Assembly (NCBI GenBank): GCA_050012475.1
Contig: JBEKHC010000030.1
Span: 1 to 52,170, forward strand
Origin: Candidatus Velthaea sp.
GTDB taxonomy: Bacteria; Vulcanimicrobiota; Vulcanimicrobiia; Vulcanimicrobiales; Vulcanimicrobiaceae
Length of the DNA: 52,170 nt
Reading direction: 5' to 3'
How positions within the stretch are numbered: the stretch's first letter is position 1; each line of letters starts with the position of its first letter. Position numbers and translations under genes: made by a program. Below, piece after piece: positions 28,532 through 39,281 of the stretch. Under the pieces are notes generated by a model. It ran no database searches, was not told where the DNA came from, and saw only the letters and a program-made list of their open reading frames with translations.

Positions 28532-29395
28532 CTAGGTCGCGGCGAGCGGCACCGCTGCGGCGGCTCGCGCGCGGCGGATCCAATCGTACCAAGCGCCGAT
28601 ATTTTCGCCGGTTTTCGCCGACAGCACGAGCGCCTGCAATCCAGGCCGCACCGCTCGGGCGTGTGCGATGCAGCGCGCGACGTCGAAGTCGACGTACGGC
28701 AGCAAATCGATTTTGTTGATGACGAAGAGGTCGGCGGCCGCAAACATGTGCGGATATTTCGCCGGCTTGTCGTCGCCCTCGGTCACCGAGAGGATCGCAA
28801 CTTTCGCCTGCTCGCCCAGATCGAACAGCGCCGGACAGACCAGATTGCCGACGTTCTCGATCATCACCACCGAATTCGAACCCGGTCCGAGTTCGTCCAA
28901 GGCCCGCGCGATCATGTCGGCCTCGAGATGGCAGCCCGTGCCGGTGTTCACCTGCAGGGCCCGTGCGCCGGCGGCGCGGATGCGCGCGCTGTCGTTCTCC
29001 GTCGCCTGATCGCCTTCGATCACGACCATCGGCACTTCGGCGCCGAGTTCGCGAATCGTACGTTCGAGTAAACTCGTCTTGCCCGAGCCGGGCGAGCTCA
29101 CCAGATTGAGCGCAACGATGCCGGCCTCGGCGAACCAGCGGCGATTGCGCGCGGCAAGCGCGTCGTTCTTCGCCAGCACCGCACGCTCGAGCGAGACGAC
29201 AGTCGCGGCTTGCGGCGCGTGAACGTGATCGAAATTGCCGTCGCCGTGGTGGTGCGGGTGCTCGTGGCCATGATCGTGATCGGCGTGACCGTGGTTGTCG
29301 GCCCCGTCGTGAACGTGGTCGCGCGCTATCGTCGTGCCGTTCTCATCGACGAGAACCGCGCCCCCGGCATCGGAGCACCCGCAGGTCGCACACAT
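28532..29395 (-). CDS. hypB: Hydrogenase nickel incorporation GTPase HypB
   Basis: N-terminal MCATCGC, His-rich stretch, SSPGSGKT, GCHL, ENVGNLVCP, NKIDL. Confidence 0.96.
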   Translation of the reverse strand: MCATCGCSDAGGAVLVDENGTTIARDHVHDGADNHGHADHDHGHEHPHHHGDGNFDHVHAPQAATVVSLERAVLAKNDALAARNRRWFAEAGIVALNLVSSPGSGKTSLLERTIRELGAEVPMVVIEGDQATENDSARIRAAGARALQVNTGTGCHLEADMIARALDELGPGSNSVVMIENVGNLVCPALFDLGEQAKVAILSVTEGDDKPAKYPHMFAAADLFVINKIDLLPYVDFDVARCIAHARAVRPGLQALVLSAKTGENIGAWYDWIRRARAAAAVPLAAT

Positions 29396-29458
29396 CGATT
29401 CGTCTCCTCCTTCGCCGGCTGTTGTGCAACCGGTTCGCCGCCCCGCATCGGTTCGCCG

Positions 29459-31912
29459 TTAGGCCGGTCCCCGACGTTCGGTCTCGGGATCCGAAAGCCA
29501 CGTTGCCGCCGCGATCGCGGCCTGACCCAGCGCGATGCCCCCGTCGTTGGCCGGGACGCGGACGTTGGCAAGGACGCGGAAGCCGGCTGCTTCCAGCAGC
29601 GCGCCCACCCCTTCGAGCAGCAAGCCGTTTTGAAAGCAGCCGCCGGAGAGCGCGACGGTATCGGCCGGCGGCCCGGCGGCGAATTCGCCGCGGGTGACGG
29701 CGATCGCCAGCGCCGCGATCGCCTGCGCGAGGCCGGCGTGAAAACGAGCAGCGATGCGGCTCGGCGGCACGCCCAGCCGGAGATCTTCGAGCAATGCCAG
29801 CCACATCGGCTGCGGCTCGATCTGCGGCAGGCCGCCTCCCGGCGGACGCTCGATGGCAAAGGGATAGACATCCGCTCCATCCCGGCGGGCGGCATCGCGC
29901 TCGGCCAGCGCCTCGAGCAGCATCGCCGCTTGGCCCTCGAAGGTCGCGCGTTCGCGGGCCAGTCCGAGCGCGGCGCCGACGGCGTCGAACAGCCGTCCGC
30001 ACGAGCTGGCCGGAGGCGAATTCAACCCGCGCGCCGTCATCGCATCGAGCGCCGCCCGCGGCTTGGCGGCGAGGAAGGCGCACAGTTCCAGCCCGGCATA
30101 GCGCTCGGCAAACGCCGGCCAACCCAGGGCCGCCATGAGCTGGGCGTACGTGTTGCGCCAGGGTTCGCGCATCGCTTGCGCGCCGCCCAGCAGGACGAAG
30201 GGCTTGAAGCGCCCGAGGCGCCGGTACGAGCGATAGTCGGCCAAGAGGAATTCGCCGCCCCACAGTTCGCCGGCGTCGCCGTAGCCGAGCCCGTCGAGGG
30301 CGATGCCCAGCACCGGCGGCGCATCGAGCGGCCGGCCGTGCTCGGCGAGCACGCTGGCCACGTGTGCGTGATGGTGCTGCACATCGACGACCGGCAATCC
30401 GTCGCGCTCGGCGCGGTCGCGCCCGTATTTGGTCGAAAGATACTCGGGGTGGCGATCGAGGGCGAGCAGCGCGGGCGCGCGATCGAAAAGCTGCTCGTAC
30501 AACTGCAGGTTGTGCTGGAAGTCGGCGAAGGTCGCCGCGTCTTCGAGATCGCCTTGGTGCTGCGCGACGACGGCCGCGCCGTCGATGACCAGACAAAACG
30601 TCGACTTGAGCTCGGCGCCCAGCGCCAAGATGCTCGGAGCACGCTCGAAACCGGGCGGCAGCGGGATCGGTTCGGGCGCGTACCCGCGCGCGCGGCGCAG
30701 CACGCGCGGCGCCCCCGCGCCGTAACGCACGACGGAATCATCGACGCGGTTGGCGATCGCGCGATCGTGCACGAGCGCGTAATCGGCGATCGCGCCCAGC
30801 CGGTCGCGCGCTTCGGCGTTGTCGATGACTTGCGGTTCGCTCGACCGGTTGCCGCTCGTCATGATGACGGGCCGATCGAATCCGCGCAGCAGCAGCGCGT
30901 GCAGCGGCGTTGACGGAAGCATGAAGCCCAGGCTGCGCATTCCGGGCGCGACCGCCGCCGGCAAACGCTCCGGCCCGTCGGCGGTGAGGAGCACGATGGG
31001 CGAGGCCGGCGATGCGAGCAGCGCAATTTCGTGCGCCGCGGGCGTGCAGTAGCGGCGAATCACGTCGAGATCGAACGCCATGAGCGCAAACGGCTTTTCT
31101 TCGCGCACTTTGCGCGCGCGCAGTGCCCCGACCGCCTGGGCGTTCGTCGCATCGCAGGCCAGCTGAAATCCGCCCAGCCCTTTGATCGCCAGGATCGAAC
31201 CCGACTGCAGCAACGCGCGCGCGGCATCCACTGCGTCGACCGCCGCGCCGCAGTCGAGTGACGACGAGCCGGCCGCAGCGAACGGTTCGAGGGTGGCGCG
31301 CGGGCCGCAGCGCGGACATGCGATCGGCTGGGCGTGAAAACGCCGGTCGGCCGGGTCTTCATACTCCGCCCGGCATGCCGCGCAGAGCTCGAATGGCGCC
31401 ATCGTCGTATTCGGGCGATCGTACGGCACGCGCGTGACGATCGACAAGCGCGGACCGCAGTGCGTGCAGTTGGCGAACGGATAGCCAAAGCGCCGATCGG
31501 CGGGGTCGAAGACCTCCGCCCGGCAGGCCGCGCACACGACGGCGTCCGCCGCGATCTGCGTTCGCACCCGTCCCGCGCGGCTTTCCACGATGCGAAAATC
31601 GTCGGCCGCGACGGGCAACACCGCCGGCCGCGTATCGATCGATGCAATCCGTGCCAGCGGCGGCGCCTCGCTGCGCACGAGCGAAAGAAAGCGTTCGACG
31701 GCGCGCAGCTCACCGCTCACGTGCATGAGCACGCCGTCGGCGTCGTTGCGAATATCGCCCGTCACCCCGCAGGCATGCGCCAGCCGCCACATCGTCGGTC
31801 GAAAGCCGACGCCTTGAACGGTCCCGCGGACGCGCACCTCGAGCGCAAGGCGCGCCAGCCCCCCGTGCGAATCCACCGCTCGAACATTCACAGCGCTGCG
31901 GCGAATTCCCAT
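29459..31912 (-). CDS. hypF: Carbamoyltransferase HypF
   Basis: GTVQGVGFRP, zinc fingers, KGLGGF, QHHHAH, GGCFQN, PANDGGIALGQ; start likely 31912 or 31891, not 32419. Confidence 0.96.
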   Translation of the reverse strand: MGIRRSAVNVRAVDSHGGLARLALEVRVRGTVQGVGFRPTMWRLAHACGVTGDIRNDADGVLMHVSGELRAVERFLSLVRSEAPPLARIASIDTRPAVLPVAADDFRIVESRAGRVRTQIAADAVVCAACRAEVFDPADRRFGYPFANCTHCGPRLSIVTRVPYDRPNTTMAPFELCAACRAEYEDPADRRFHAQPIACPRCGPRATLEPFAAAGSSSLDCGAAVDAVDAARALLQSGSILAIKGLGGFQLACDATNAQAVGALRARKVREEKPFALMAFDLDVIRRYCTPAAHEIALLASPASPIVLLTADGPERLPAAVAPGMRSLGFMLPSTPLHALLLRGFDRPVIMTSGNRSSEPQVIDNAEARDRLGAIADYALVHDRAIANRVDDSVVRYGAGAPRVLRRARGYAPEPIPLPPGFERAPSILALGAELKSTFCLVIDGAAVVAQHQGDLEDAATFADFQHNLQLYEQLFDRAPALLALDRHPEYLSTKYGRDRAERDGLPVVDVQHHHAHVASVLAEHGRPLDAPPVLGIALDGLGYGDAGELWGGEFLLADYRSYRRLGRFKPFVLLGGAQAMREPWRNTYAQLMAALGWPAFAERYAGLELCAFLAAKPRAALDAMTARGLNSPPASSCGRLFDAVGAALGLARERATFEGQAAMLLEALAERDAARRDGADVYPFAIERPPGGGLPQIEPQPMWLALLEDLRLGVPPSRIAARFHAGLAQAIAALAIAVTRGEFAAGPPADTVALSGGCFQNGLLLEGVGALLEAAGFRVLANVRVPANDGGIALGQAAIAAATWLSDPETERRGPA

Positions 31913-31993
31913 CCCGCGAAGCGGGTGAAGGTCGCCGCCTGGGTACTTGCAGGAAGGACGAGCGAAAGCCGCACGGCAAGCGACGGCAACACG

Positions 31994-33589
31994 ATGCCCA
32001 ACTTCGATTCGCTCAACGAGCGCTCCGGGGGAAAGCTTTTGGTTTTCCTGGTCATCGTGCTGATGGCCGGGCTGCCGCTCGCGGTCTGGCTCGATTTGCG
32101 CCACATCTCTGCGGCGAATCTGAACCGCCAGGCAAGCGACCTCAACACGGCGATCACCGACATCCGCGATTTCTACGCCGGTGACGTCGTCGGGCACGTT
32201 CTGTCGGCGCACACGCGGACGGTCGTGACGCCCGATTTCATGACGATTCCCGGCGCGATCCCGATTCCCGCGACCTTCTCGCTCGAACTCGGCCGCGTCA
32301 TCGGCGCGAACCAGTCGAATCTGCAATACCGTTTCGTCTCGGACTACCCGTTCAAACATCGGGCAGCCCACAAGCTCGACGGGTTCGAACAGGACGCGCT
32401 GCGGATGTTTCGGGCCCAACCGGCGCGCCGGCAGCTCATCGACGTTTCATGGCACGGCTGGGACAACCGGGTGCGTTTCGTCGCGCCCATCATCATGGGG
32501 CAGACCTGCGTGGCTTGCCACAACACGCACCCCGACAGCCCCAAACGCGATTGGAAAGTCGGCGACGTGCGCGGCATTCAAGAGATCAGCATCGTCGAAC
32601 CCGTCGCGACGAACATCTTCTCGTTCGAGTATCTGCTGATCTATTTCGGCTTTGCCGGTTCGCTGGCGTTCGGGTTCATCGCGGTCCAGCGGCGCCAAGC
32701 CCGAACGATCCGCCGAGCCAACGCCCAGCTGGCCGAGACCAACGAGTTTCTGGCGTCGATCTCGGCCAAGATTTCGCATTACCTCTCGCCGCAGATCTAC
32801 AAAAGTATTTTCAGCGGCGAAAAGGACGTCAAGATCCACACCGAGCGCAAAAAACTGACGATCTTCTTCTCCGACATCAAGGACTTTACGTCCACGACCG
32901 AACGCTTGCAGCCCGAAGAGTTGACCGCACTGCTCAACGAGTATTTCACCGAGATGTCGACGATCGCGTTCGCTCACGGCGGCACGGTCGATAAGTTCGT
33001 CGGCGACGCCGTCATCGTGTTCTTCGGCGATCCCCAGACGCTGGGCGTGGCCGAAGATGCCAAAGCCTGCTTACGGATGGCCGTCGCCATGCAGGCTCGG
33101 CTGGCACAGCTCAACGTCATGTGGCATAGCCGCGGCGTCGCCAATCCGTTTCGCGTGCGGATGGGCATCAACACCGGGTTTTGCGACGTTGGAAATTTCG
33201 GCAGCGAGCAGCGGATGGATTACACGATCATCGGTGCAGCGATGAATCTCTCCGCGCGCCTCCAAACGCTGGCCGAACCCGGAACGATCGTGGTCAGCGC
33301 CGAGACCTTCACGCTCGTGCGCGACATCGTCGCCGGGCATCCGCTGCCGCCCTTGATCGTGCGCGGTTTTCGCGACGAGATCGTGCCCTACGTGATCGAC
33401 GCGCTGCTCGATGCGCCGGGTCAGCAAAAGCACGTCTTCGCCGAACACGCCGCGGGCCTGGATCTGTATCTCGATCTCGATCGCGTCGACGACCGTGAGA
33501 GCGAGCGCCTGCGCGGCGTTCTCAGCGACGCGCTCGATGCTCTCGACGCGACGCGCGAAGGCCGCCGGACGCCGACACCCGAGCGGTAG
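31994..33589 (+). CDS. Membrane adenylate cyclase with extracytoplasmic c-type heme (DUF3365/Tll0287-like) sensor domain
   Basis: Two TM helices flanking IPIPATF...CVACHNTHP..SPK.DWKVGDVRG; class III cyclase motifs FFSDIKDFT, VDKFVGD, RMDYT, NLSARL. Confidence 0.9.
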   Translation: MPNFDSLNERSGGKLLVFLVIVLMAGLPLAVWLDLRHISAANLNRQASDLNTAITDIRDFYAGDVVGHVLSAHTRTVVTPDFMTIPGAIPIPATFSLELGRVIGANQSNLQYRFVSDYPFKHRAAHKLDGFEQDALRMFRAQPARRQLIDVSWHGWDNRVRFVAPIIMGQTCVACHNTHPDSPKRDWKVGDVRGIQEISIVEPVATNIFSFEYLLIYFGFAGSLAFGFIAVQRRQARTIRRANAQLAETNEFLASISAKISHYLSPQIYKSIFSGEKDVKIHTERKKLTIFFSDIKDFTSTTERLQPEELTALLNEYFTEMSTIAFAHGGTVDKFVGDAVIVFFGDPQTLGVAEDAKACLRMAVAMQARLAQLNVMWHSRGVANPFRVRMGINTGFCDVGNFGSEQRMDYTIIGAAMNLSARLQTLAEPGTIVVSAETFTLVRDIVAGHPLPPLIVRGFRDEIVPYVIDALLDAPGQQKHVFAEHAAGLDLYLDLDRVDDRESERLRGVLSDALDALDATREGRRTPTPER

Positions 33590-33784
33590 CGCGCTCGAAC
33601 AACCGCGAATCCCGCAGCGACACGAACGCTATACGCAGATTGGCGCCGCCGGCGCTCAGATATTGCCGGCGCAGGCCGATGACGTCGAGTATACACCCGC
33701 GGGACGTTCCAGACGGATCGAAGACGGCCGGCAGACGCCCCGGCTGTAGATTGTCGATAACATCACGAGCCGAGGGCACACACA

Positions 33785-33934
33785 ATGGCAGGCATCACGG
33801 TATTCCGGTCCGTCGAAGAAGCGATCCGCGCTGGTTTCGAGGTCTACGACCGCACGAGCGACGGCTATCTGGTCCGCACGCGCACGGCGCGCGGCTGGGC
33901 TCTGGCCATCGTCCGCAACAGCAACCTCCGCTAG
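33785..33934 (+). CDS. 49-aa small protein (below the ORF-track cutoff)
   Basis: GAGGG upstream; MAGITVFRSVEEAIRAGFEVYDRTSDGYLVRTRTARGWALAIVRNSNLR*; host-like codons. Confidence 0.75.
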   Translation: MAGITVFRSVEEAIRAGFEVYDRTSDGYLVRTRTARGWALAIVRNSNLR

Positions 33935-34194
33935 ACCCGCCAAGCGAGCGAGTCGGCTGCCTGCGGCGCTCGCCGTTCGCGGCTCCCCCGCGTTTCAAAT
34001 CCTCGTTCCGTGTCCTCGTTCCGCGCCGGCGCCGTTTTGCGCCCGCCGCCCTGAGAAGCGCGAATTCGGGCCGCCGTGCCGGCTTGCAACAAAGCGGTTA
34101 TCTGCTTAGCTGCTGAGCAGAACAGCGTCTACTGAGCTCGCCGGAACCGTTCGTCCAACCGGGTCACCGGCGATTTTTGGGCAACATACGGGCG

Positions 34195-37100
34195 ATGACG
34201 ATTCAAGCGCCGCCCGTTTCGGATGCCGCGCCGCCGCCGCGCGCGCCGGCTGCATCGTTATGGTACAAGGACGCCGTCATCTACCAGCTGCACGTCAAAG
34301 CGTTCGCCGACTCGAACGGCGACGGCATCGGCGATTTTCGCGGTTTGCTGGAACGGCTGCCGTACATCAAGGACCTGGGCGCCTCCGCTGTCTGGCTGCT
34401 GCCCTTCTATCCCTCGCCGCTGCGCGATGACGGTTACGACATCGCCGACTACAAAGGCGTCCACCCCAGTTACGGGACGATGCGCGATTTCCGGCTGTTC
34501 GTCCGCGCGGCGCACCGGCTGGGCCTGCGCGTCATCACCGAACTGATCATCAATCACACCAGCGACCAGCACCCGTGGTTCGAGCGGGCGCGCCGCGCGC
34601 CGCGCGGTTCGGTGCACCGCGACTGGTACGTCTGGAGCGACACCGCCGAGAAATACGCCGAGACGCGCATCATCTTCGTCGATACCGAAACCTCGAACTG
34701 GACCTGGGATCCGGTCGCCAAGCAATACTATTGGCATCGCTTCTTCAGCCATCAGCCCGATCTCAACTACGACAACCCGCGGGTCTTCGAGGCCGTGGTG
34801 GACATCATGCGGTTTTGGTTCGACGCCGGCGTCGACGGCATGCGGCTGGACGCGGTGCCGTATCTGGTCGAGCGCGAAGGGACGAACAACGAAAATCTGC
34901 CCGAAACGCACGCCGTGCTCAAGCGGTTGCGCGCCGTCATCGATACCGAATACCCGGATCGCTTCCTGTTAGCCGAAGCCAATCAATGGCCCGAAGACGT
35001 CGCGCAATACTTTGGCGCCGGCGACGAGTGCCATATGGCATTTCACTTCCCGCTCATGCCGCGCATGTTCATGTCGATCGCCGAAGAGGACCGCTATCCG
35101 ATCGTCGACATCATGCGCCAGACGCCGCCGATCCCCGACACCTGTCAGTGGGCGATGTTCCTGCGCAATCACGACGAGCTCACGCTCGAGATGGTGACCG
35201 ACCGCGAACGCGCCTTTCTGTACAAGGTGTACGCGCCGGATTCGCGCGCTCGCGTCAACGTCGGCATCCGGCGCCGGCTCGCTCCGCTCATGGACAACGA
35301 CCGCCGGCGCATCGAGCTCATGACCAGCTTGCTGCTGTCGATGCCGGGGACCCCGGTCGTGTACTACGGCGATGAGATCGGGATGGGCGACAACATCTAT
35401 CTGGGCGACCGCGACGGCGTGCGCACCCCCATGCAATGGTCGGGCGATCGCAACGGCGGTTTCTCGCGCGCCGACGCACAGCGGCTGTACTTGCCGGCGA
35501 TCATGGATGTGGTCTACGGCTATCCCAGCGTCAACGTCGAAGCTCAGGAGCGTTCGCCGTCATCGCTCTTGCACTGGGTGAAGCGGCTCATCGGCGTGCG
35601 CCAGACGCAGGCCGTGTTCGGCCGCGGCAGTCTGGCGTTCTTGTATCCCGAAAACCGGCGGGTGGTCGCCTACGTGCGCGAGTACGAAGGCACCGTCGTG
35701 CTGTGCGTGGCCAACTTGGCGCGCACGCCGCAAGCGGTCAGCCTCGACCTCTCGCGCTTCGCCGGACGCGTCCCCATCGAGATGATCGGCTGGAGCCCGT
35801 TTCCGCCGATCGTCGACGACCGCTATTTGTTGACGCTGCCCGGACATACGTTCTTTTGGTTCTTGCTCGCGACGAGCGCTCCGGAATCGCGCGAAACGGC
35901 GCTGCGCTTGCCGACGCAGATGCCGGAGTTCGCAACCCTCGTGCTGCCCGCCGGCTGGCGCAGCTTGACGCGCGAACCGAGCCGGACGCTGCTCGAAACC
36001 GAGGTCGTGCCGCCGTATCTCGCGGCAACGCACGCCGTGCCCCAGATCAGCCTGGCGCGTCCCCGGACGCGCATGGTCGACGCGATCCCGCTCTCGACCG
36101 GCGCCGCGGGCCCGCTGCTGGCGCTGTTTGCGTCGACGCTGGACAACGACGACGTGCTGTTCAGTGCGATCCCGCTCGGACTGGCCTTCGACGACGGCAA
36201 AGAACGCTCGCCGGCGGTTCTCCGCGCCGCGCTGGCGCGCACGCGCACCGGTCCGCGCGAAGCGCTGCTCGTCGACGCGACCAGCGACGACGGACTGTGG
36301 ATCGCGCTCGCGCGCGCCTTGCGCGACGGCACGCGCTTTAGCGGTGAGGCCGGAACACTGTACGCCGAACCGACGTGGAGCCTGGGGGATCTGGAGCTGG
36401 CCGCGGGCGAGACCGTCCGGCGGCCGGTCACCCAGGGCCGGCACGCGATGGGGATCGTCGGTGAAACGCTGCTGATCACGCTGTATCGGCGCACGCAAGC
36501 GGGCTTGAACCCCGAAATCGAACTGGCGCGCTATCTGCACGATTGCGGGTTCGCACACTCGCCGCCGCTGCTGGGCACGATCCTCTACGACGGCCGCGAC
36601 GGCAATTCGGTCGGGACGGGCGTCATCCATCGCTACGTGCTCAATCGCGGCAGCGGCTGGGACGTGACGCAGACGTTCTTAGGGCGCTATCTCGAATTGC
36701 GGCGCAACCGGCCGGTCCCGGAAACGGAGCCGACGGCCGACAACGACGTCGACTATTTCGCTCCCGAAGCCCGGCGCGCGGGCCAGCGGCTGGCGGCGCT
36801 CCACCTCACTTTGGCCGGCTCCGACGATCCTGCGTTCGCACCCGAACCGATCGCGACCGGCGATCGCGAAGGCTGGATTGCGACGACCCAACGCCGCGCC
36901 GCCTTCGTCTTCGAGCGCTTGCCCAGCCGGATCAAGACCGCATCGGCGGCGTTGCGCGCCGACATCGCCACGCTCATGGGCGCGCAAGCGCGGTTGAATC
37001 TCGCGGTCGCCGGCAGCGCGGCGTTCGATTCGGGCACCAAGATCCGCATCCACGGCGATCTCCACCTCGCGCGCTTTCTGGTGACCGAAGCCGATTTGCT

Positions 37101-37497
37101 GATCGTCGACCCCGGTTCGGGCGATGAATTTCTGCCGCCCGTCGAACGCCGCCGCAAAGCCAGTCCGCTGCGCGACCTCGCCCGCATGCTGCGTTCGCTG
37201 GAAGCCGCCGCGACGTTCGCGCTGCGCGATATCGCGAGCGACCGCACGGAAACCGTGGATCGCTTCGAGCGCGAGCTCACGATCTGGAACGAACGAGCGG
37301 CGCAAGCGTTTTTGACTGGGTACGAGTACGGGGTGCAGCAAACGATCCTCGACGTGGGCGAAGCCCCGCACTTCCAAGCCCGCGTCGAAGCACTCGCGCT
37401 TCACGACGCGGTCGACGCGCTCGCCATCGCTCTCGCCGAGAACTCGACCTCGCTGAGTTTTTACGTGCGCTATCTCATTCGGCGGATTCCGGCATGA
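34195..37497 (+). CDS. treS: Trehalose synthase (maltose alpha-D-glucosyltransferase) fused to a degenerate maltokinase-like domain
   Basis: [47 protein letters not shown]-terminal RIHGDLHL. Confidence 0.95.
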   Translation: MTIQAPPVSDAAPPPRAPAASLWYKDAVIYQLHVKAFADSNGDGIGDFRGLLERLPYIKDLGASAVWLLPFYPSPLRDDGYDIADYKGVHPSYGTMRDFRLFVRAAHRLGLRVITELIINHTSDQHPWFERARRAPRGSVHRDWYVWSDTAEKYAETRIIFVDTETSNWTWDPVAKQYYWHRFFSHQPDLNYDNPRVFEAVVDIMRFWFDAGVDGMRLDAVPYLVEREGTNNENLPETHAVLKRLRAVIDTEYPDRFLLAEANQWPEDVAQYFGAGDECHMAFHFPLMPRMFMSIAEEDRYPIVDIMRQTPPIPDTCQWAMFLRNHDELTLEMVTDRERAFLYKVYAPDSRARVNVGIRRRLAPLMDNDRRRIELMTSLLLSMPGTPVVYYGDEIGMGDNIYLGDRDGVRTPMQWSGDRNGGFSRADAQRLYLPAIMDVVYGYPSVNVEAQERSPSSLLHWVKRLIGVRQTQAVFGRGSLAFLYPENRRVVAYVREYEGTVVLCVANLARTPQAVSLDLSRFAGRVPIEMIGWSPFPPIVDDRYLLTLPGHTFFWFLLATSAPESRETALRLPTQMPEFATLVLPAGWRSLTREPSRTLLETEVVPPYLAATHAVPQISLARPRTRMVDAIPLSTGAAGPLLALFASTLDNDDVLFSAIPLGLAFDDGKERSPAVLRAALARTRTGPREALLVDATSDDGLWIALARALRDGTRFSGEAGTLYAEPTWSLGDLELAAGETVRRPVTQGRHAMGIVGETLLITLYRRTQAGLNPEIELARYLHDCGFAHSPPLLGTILYDGRDGNSVGTGVIHRYVLNRGSGWDVTQTFLGRYLELRRNRPVPETEPTADNDVDYFAPEARRAGQRLAALHLTLAGSDDPAFAPEPIATGDREGWIATTQRRAAFVFERLPSRIKTASAALRADIATLMGAQARLNLAVAGSAAFDSGTKIRIHGDLHLARFLVTEADLLIVDPGSGDEFLPPVERRRKASPLRDLARMLRSLEAAATFALRDIASDRTETVDRFERELTIWNERAAQAFLTGYEYGVQQTILDVGEAPHFQARVEALALHDAVDALAIALAENSTSLSFYVRYLIRRIPA

Positions 37498-39281
37498 TCG
37501 GGACCGCCGGTTATCGGTTCGGCGCAGTCTGCGATTCGGCCGGCGCCGTCTTTCGGCTGTTCGCGCCCGCCGCGCGTCAAGTCGAATTGATCGTCCGCGA
37601 CGGTCAAACCCAGCGCGCGCACGAACTCGAAGCGCGCGGCGACGGCTGGTTTGAAGGGTTCGATCGGACGGCGAGCCCCGGGATGCGCTACGGGTTTCGC
37701 ATCGACGGCGCTGCGGCGATCGTCCCCGACCCGGCTTCGCGCTTTCAGCCCGAGGGCGTGCACGGGTTGAGCGAACTGCTCGATCCCGCCCAGCTGACCG
37801 CGCCCCGCACCGGCTGGCGCGGGCGGCCCTGGAACGAGCTGGTGTTCTACGAACTGCACGTCGGCACGTTTACGTCCGGCGGCACTTATGCGAGCGCGAT
37901 CGAGCGCCTCGACGCGCTCGTCGACCTGGGCATCACGGCCGTCGAGTTGATGCCGCTCGCCCAGTGGCCCGGCCGGCGGAATTGGGGCTACGACGGCGTG
38001 CTGCCGTATGCGCCGGCCGAACGCTACGGGCGGCCCGCGGACCTCGTGCGGTTCATCGCCGAAGCGCACCGCCGCCGGCTGGCCGTGTTCCTCGACGTCG
38101 TGTACAACCACTTCGGCCCCGAAGGCAACTACCTGCACGCCTACGCGCCGGTCTTCTTCACCGAGCGGTATCAAACGCCGTGGGGCGCGGCGATCGACTA
38201 CGCTTCCGACGACGTGCGCGCATTCTTCATCGAAAACGCGCGCTGGTGGCTGGACGCGTACGGCTTCGACGGCCTGCGGCTCGACGCCACCCAAATGATC
38301 TTCGACGAGCGCTCCCCCAGCGTGCTCGAGGAATTGCGCGCGTCGATTGCCGCCTGGAACCCGCCCGAACGCCGCGTCCATCTCGTGGTCGAAAACGACC
38401 ACAACGACAATCGCCTCCTGCATGCCGGATACGACGCGCAGTGGAACGACGATTTTCACCACGCCCTGCACGTGTTGACGACCGGCGAAGACGGCGGCTA
38501 CTACGCCGACTACGCCGCGGATCCGGCGCGGCTGCTGGGCCGCACGCTGACCGCCGGATACGGCTATCAGGGCGAACCCTCGCGCTTCCGCGGCGGTGCG
38601 CCGCGCGGCTCGCGCAGCGACGACCAACCGCTGGCCAAATTCATCGACTTCCTGCAGAATCACGATCAGATCGGCAACCGCGCACGCGGTGAACGGCTCT
38701 CGATGCTGACCGGACCCGACGCGCTGCGCGCCGCGGCAGCGGTCTTGCTGCTCGCGCCGTCGCCGCCGCTTTTGTTCATGGGCGAAGAGTGGGCTGCGTC
38801 GACCCCGTTTCTGTTCTTCTGCGATTTCGAGCCCGAGCTCGCGCACCTCGTCACCGAGGGCCGGCGGCGCGAATTCGCGGGCTTTCCGGAGTTCGCCGAT
38901 CCACGGGCGCGCGAGACCATCCCCGATCCGTCGGCGCCGGAAACGTTCACGCGCTGCATCCTGCGCTGGGACGAGCGCGAGGCTGAACCGCATCGCTCGC
39001 TGCTCGCGCATTACCGAACGTTGCTCGCCGTGCGCCTGGCGGAGATCGTGCCGCGCATCGACGGTCTCAACGCGCGCGACGCAAGCTTCGTCGAGCATGG
39101 ACCGGGGGCGCTCGAAGCGCGCTGGAACATCGCGGGCGGCACGCTCGTCCTCGAAGCGAACCTCACCGCGGCCCCCGGCGCGGGATTTCTGGAAACCCCG
39201 CCGGGCCGATGCATTTTCGGCACCTCGGAGTTCCCGCGCGGCGAGGCACCGCCGTGGTCGGTGCGGTGGTCGATCGTTTGA
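37494..39281 (+). CDS. treZ: Malto-oligosyltrehalose trehalohydrolase
   Basis: [40 protein letters not shown]. Confidence 0.95.
   Translation: MIGTAGYRFGAVCDSAGAVFRLFAPAARQVELIVRDGQTQRAHELEARGDGWFEGFDRTASPGMRYGFRIDGAAAIVPDPASRFQPEGVHGLSELLDPAQLTAPRTGWRGRPWNELVFYELHVGTFTSGGTYASAIERLDALVDLGITAVELMPLAQWPGRRNWGYDGVLPYAPAERYGRPADLVRFIAEAHRRRLAVFLDVVYNHFGPEGNYLHAYAPVFFTERYQTPWGAAIDYASDDVRAFFIENARWWLDAYGFDGLRLDATQMIFDERSPSVLEELRASIAAWNPPERRVHLVVENDHNDNRLLHAGYDAQWNDDFHHALHVLTTGEDGGYYADYAADPARLLGRTLTAGYGYQGEPSRFRGGAPRGSRSDDQPLAKFIDFLQNHDQIGNRARGERLSMLTGPDALRAAAAVLLLAPSPPLLFMGEEWAASTPFLFFCDFEPELAHLVTEGRRREFAGFPEFADPRARETIPDPSAPETFTRCILRWDEREAEPHRSLLAHYRTLLAVRLAEIVPRIDGLNARDASFVEHGPGALEARWNIAGGTLVLEANLTAAPGAGFLETPPGRCIFGTSEFPRGEAPPWSVRWSIV

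Noticed and set aside
31334..32419. Long overlapping N-terminal extensions of hypF and the cyclase in the ORF track
   Set aside because: Artefact of stop-poor GC-rich antisense frames; recognisable domains start at about 31912 (minus) and 31994 (plus).
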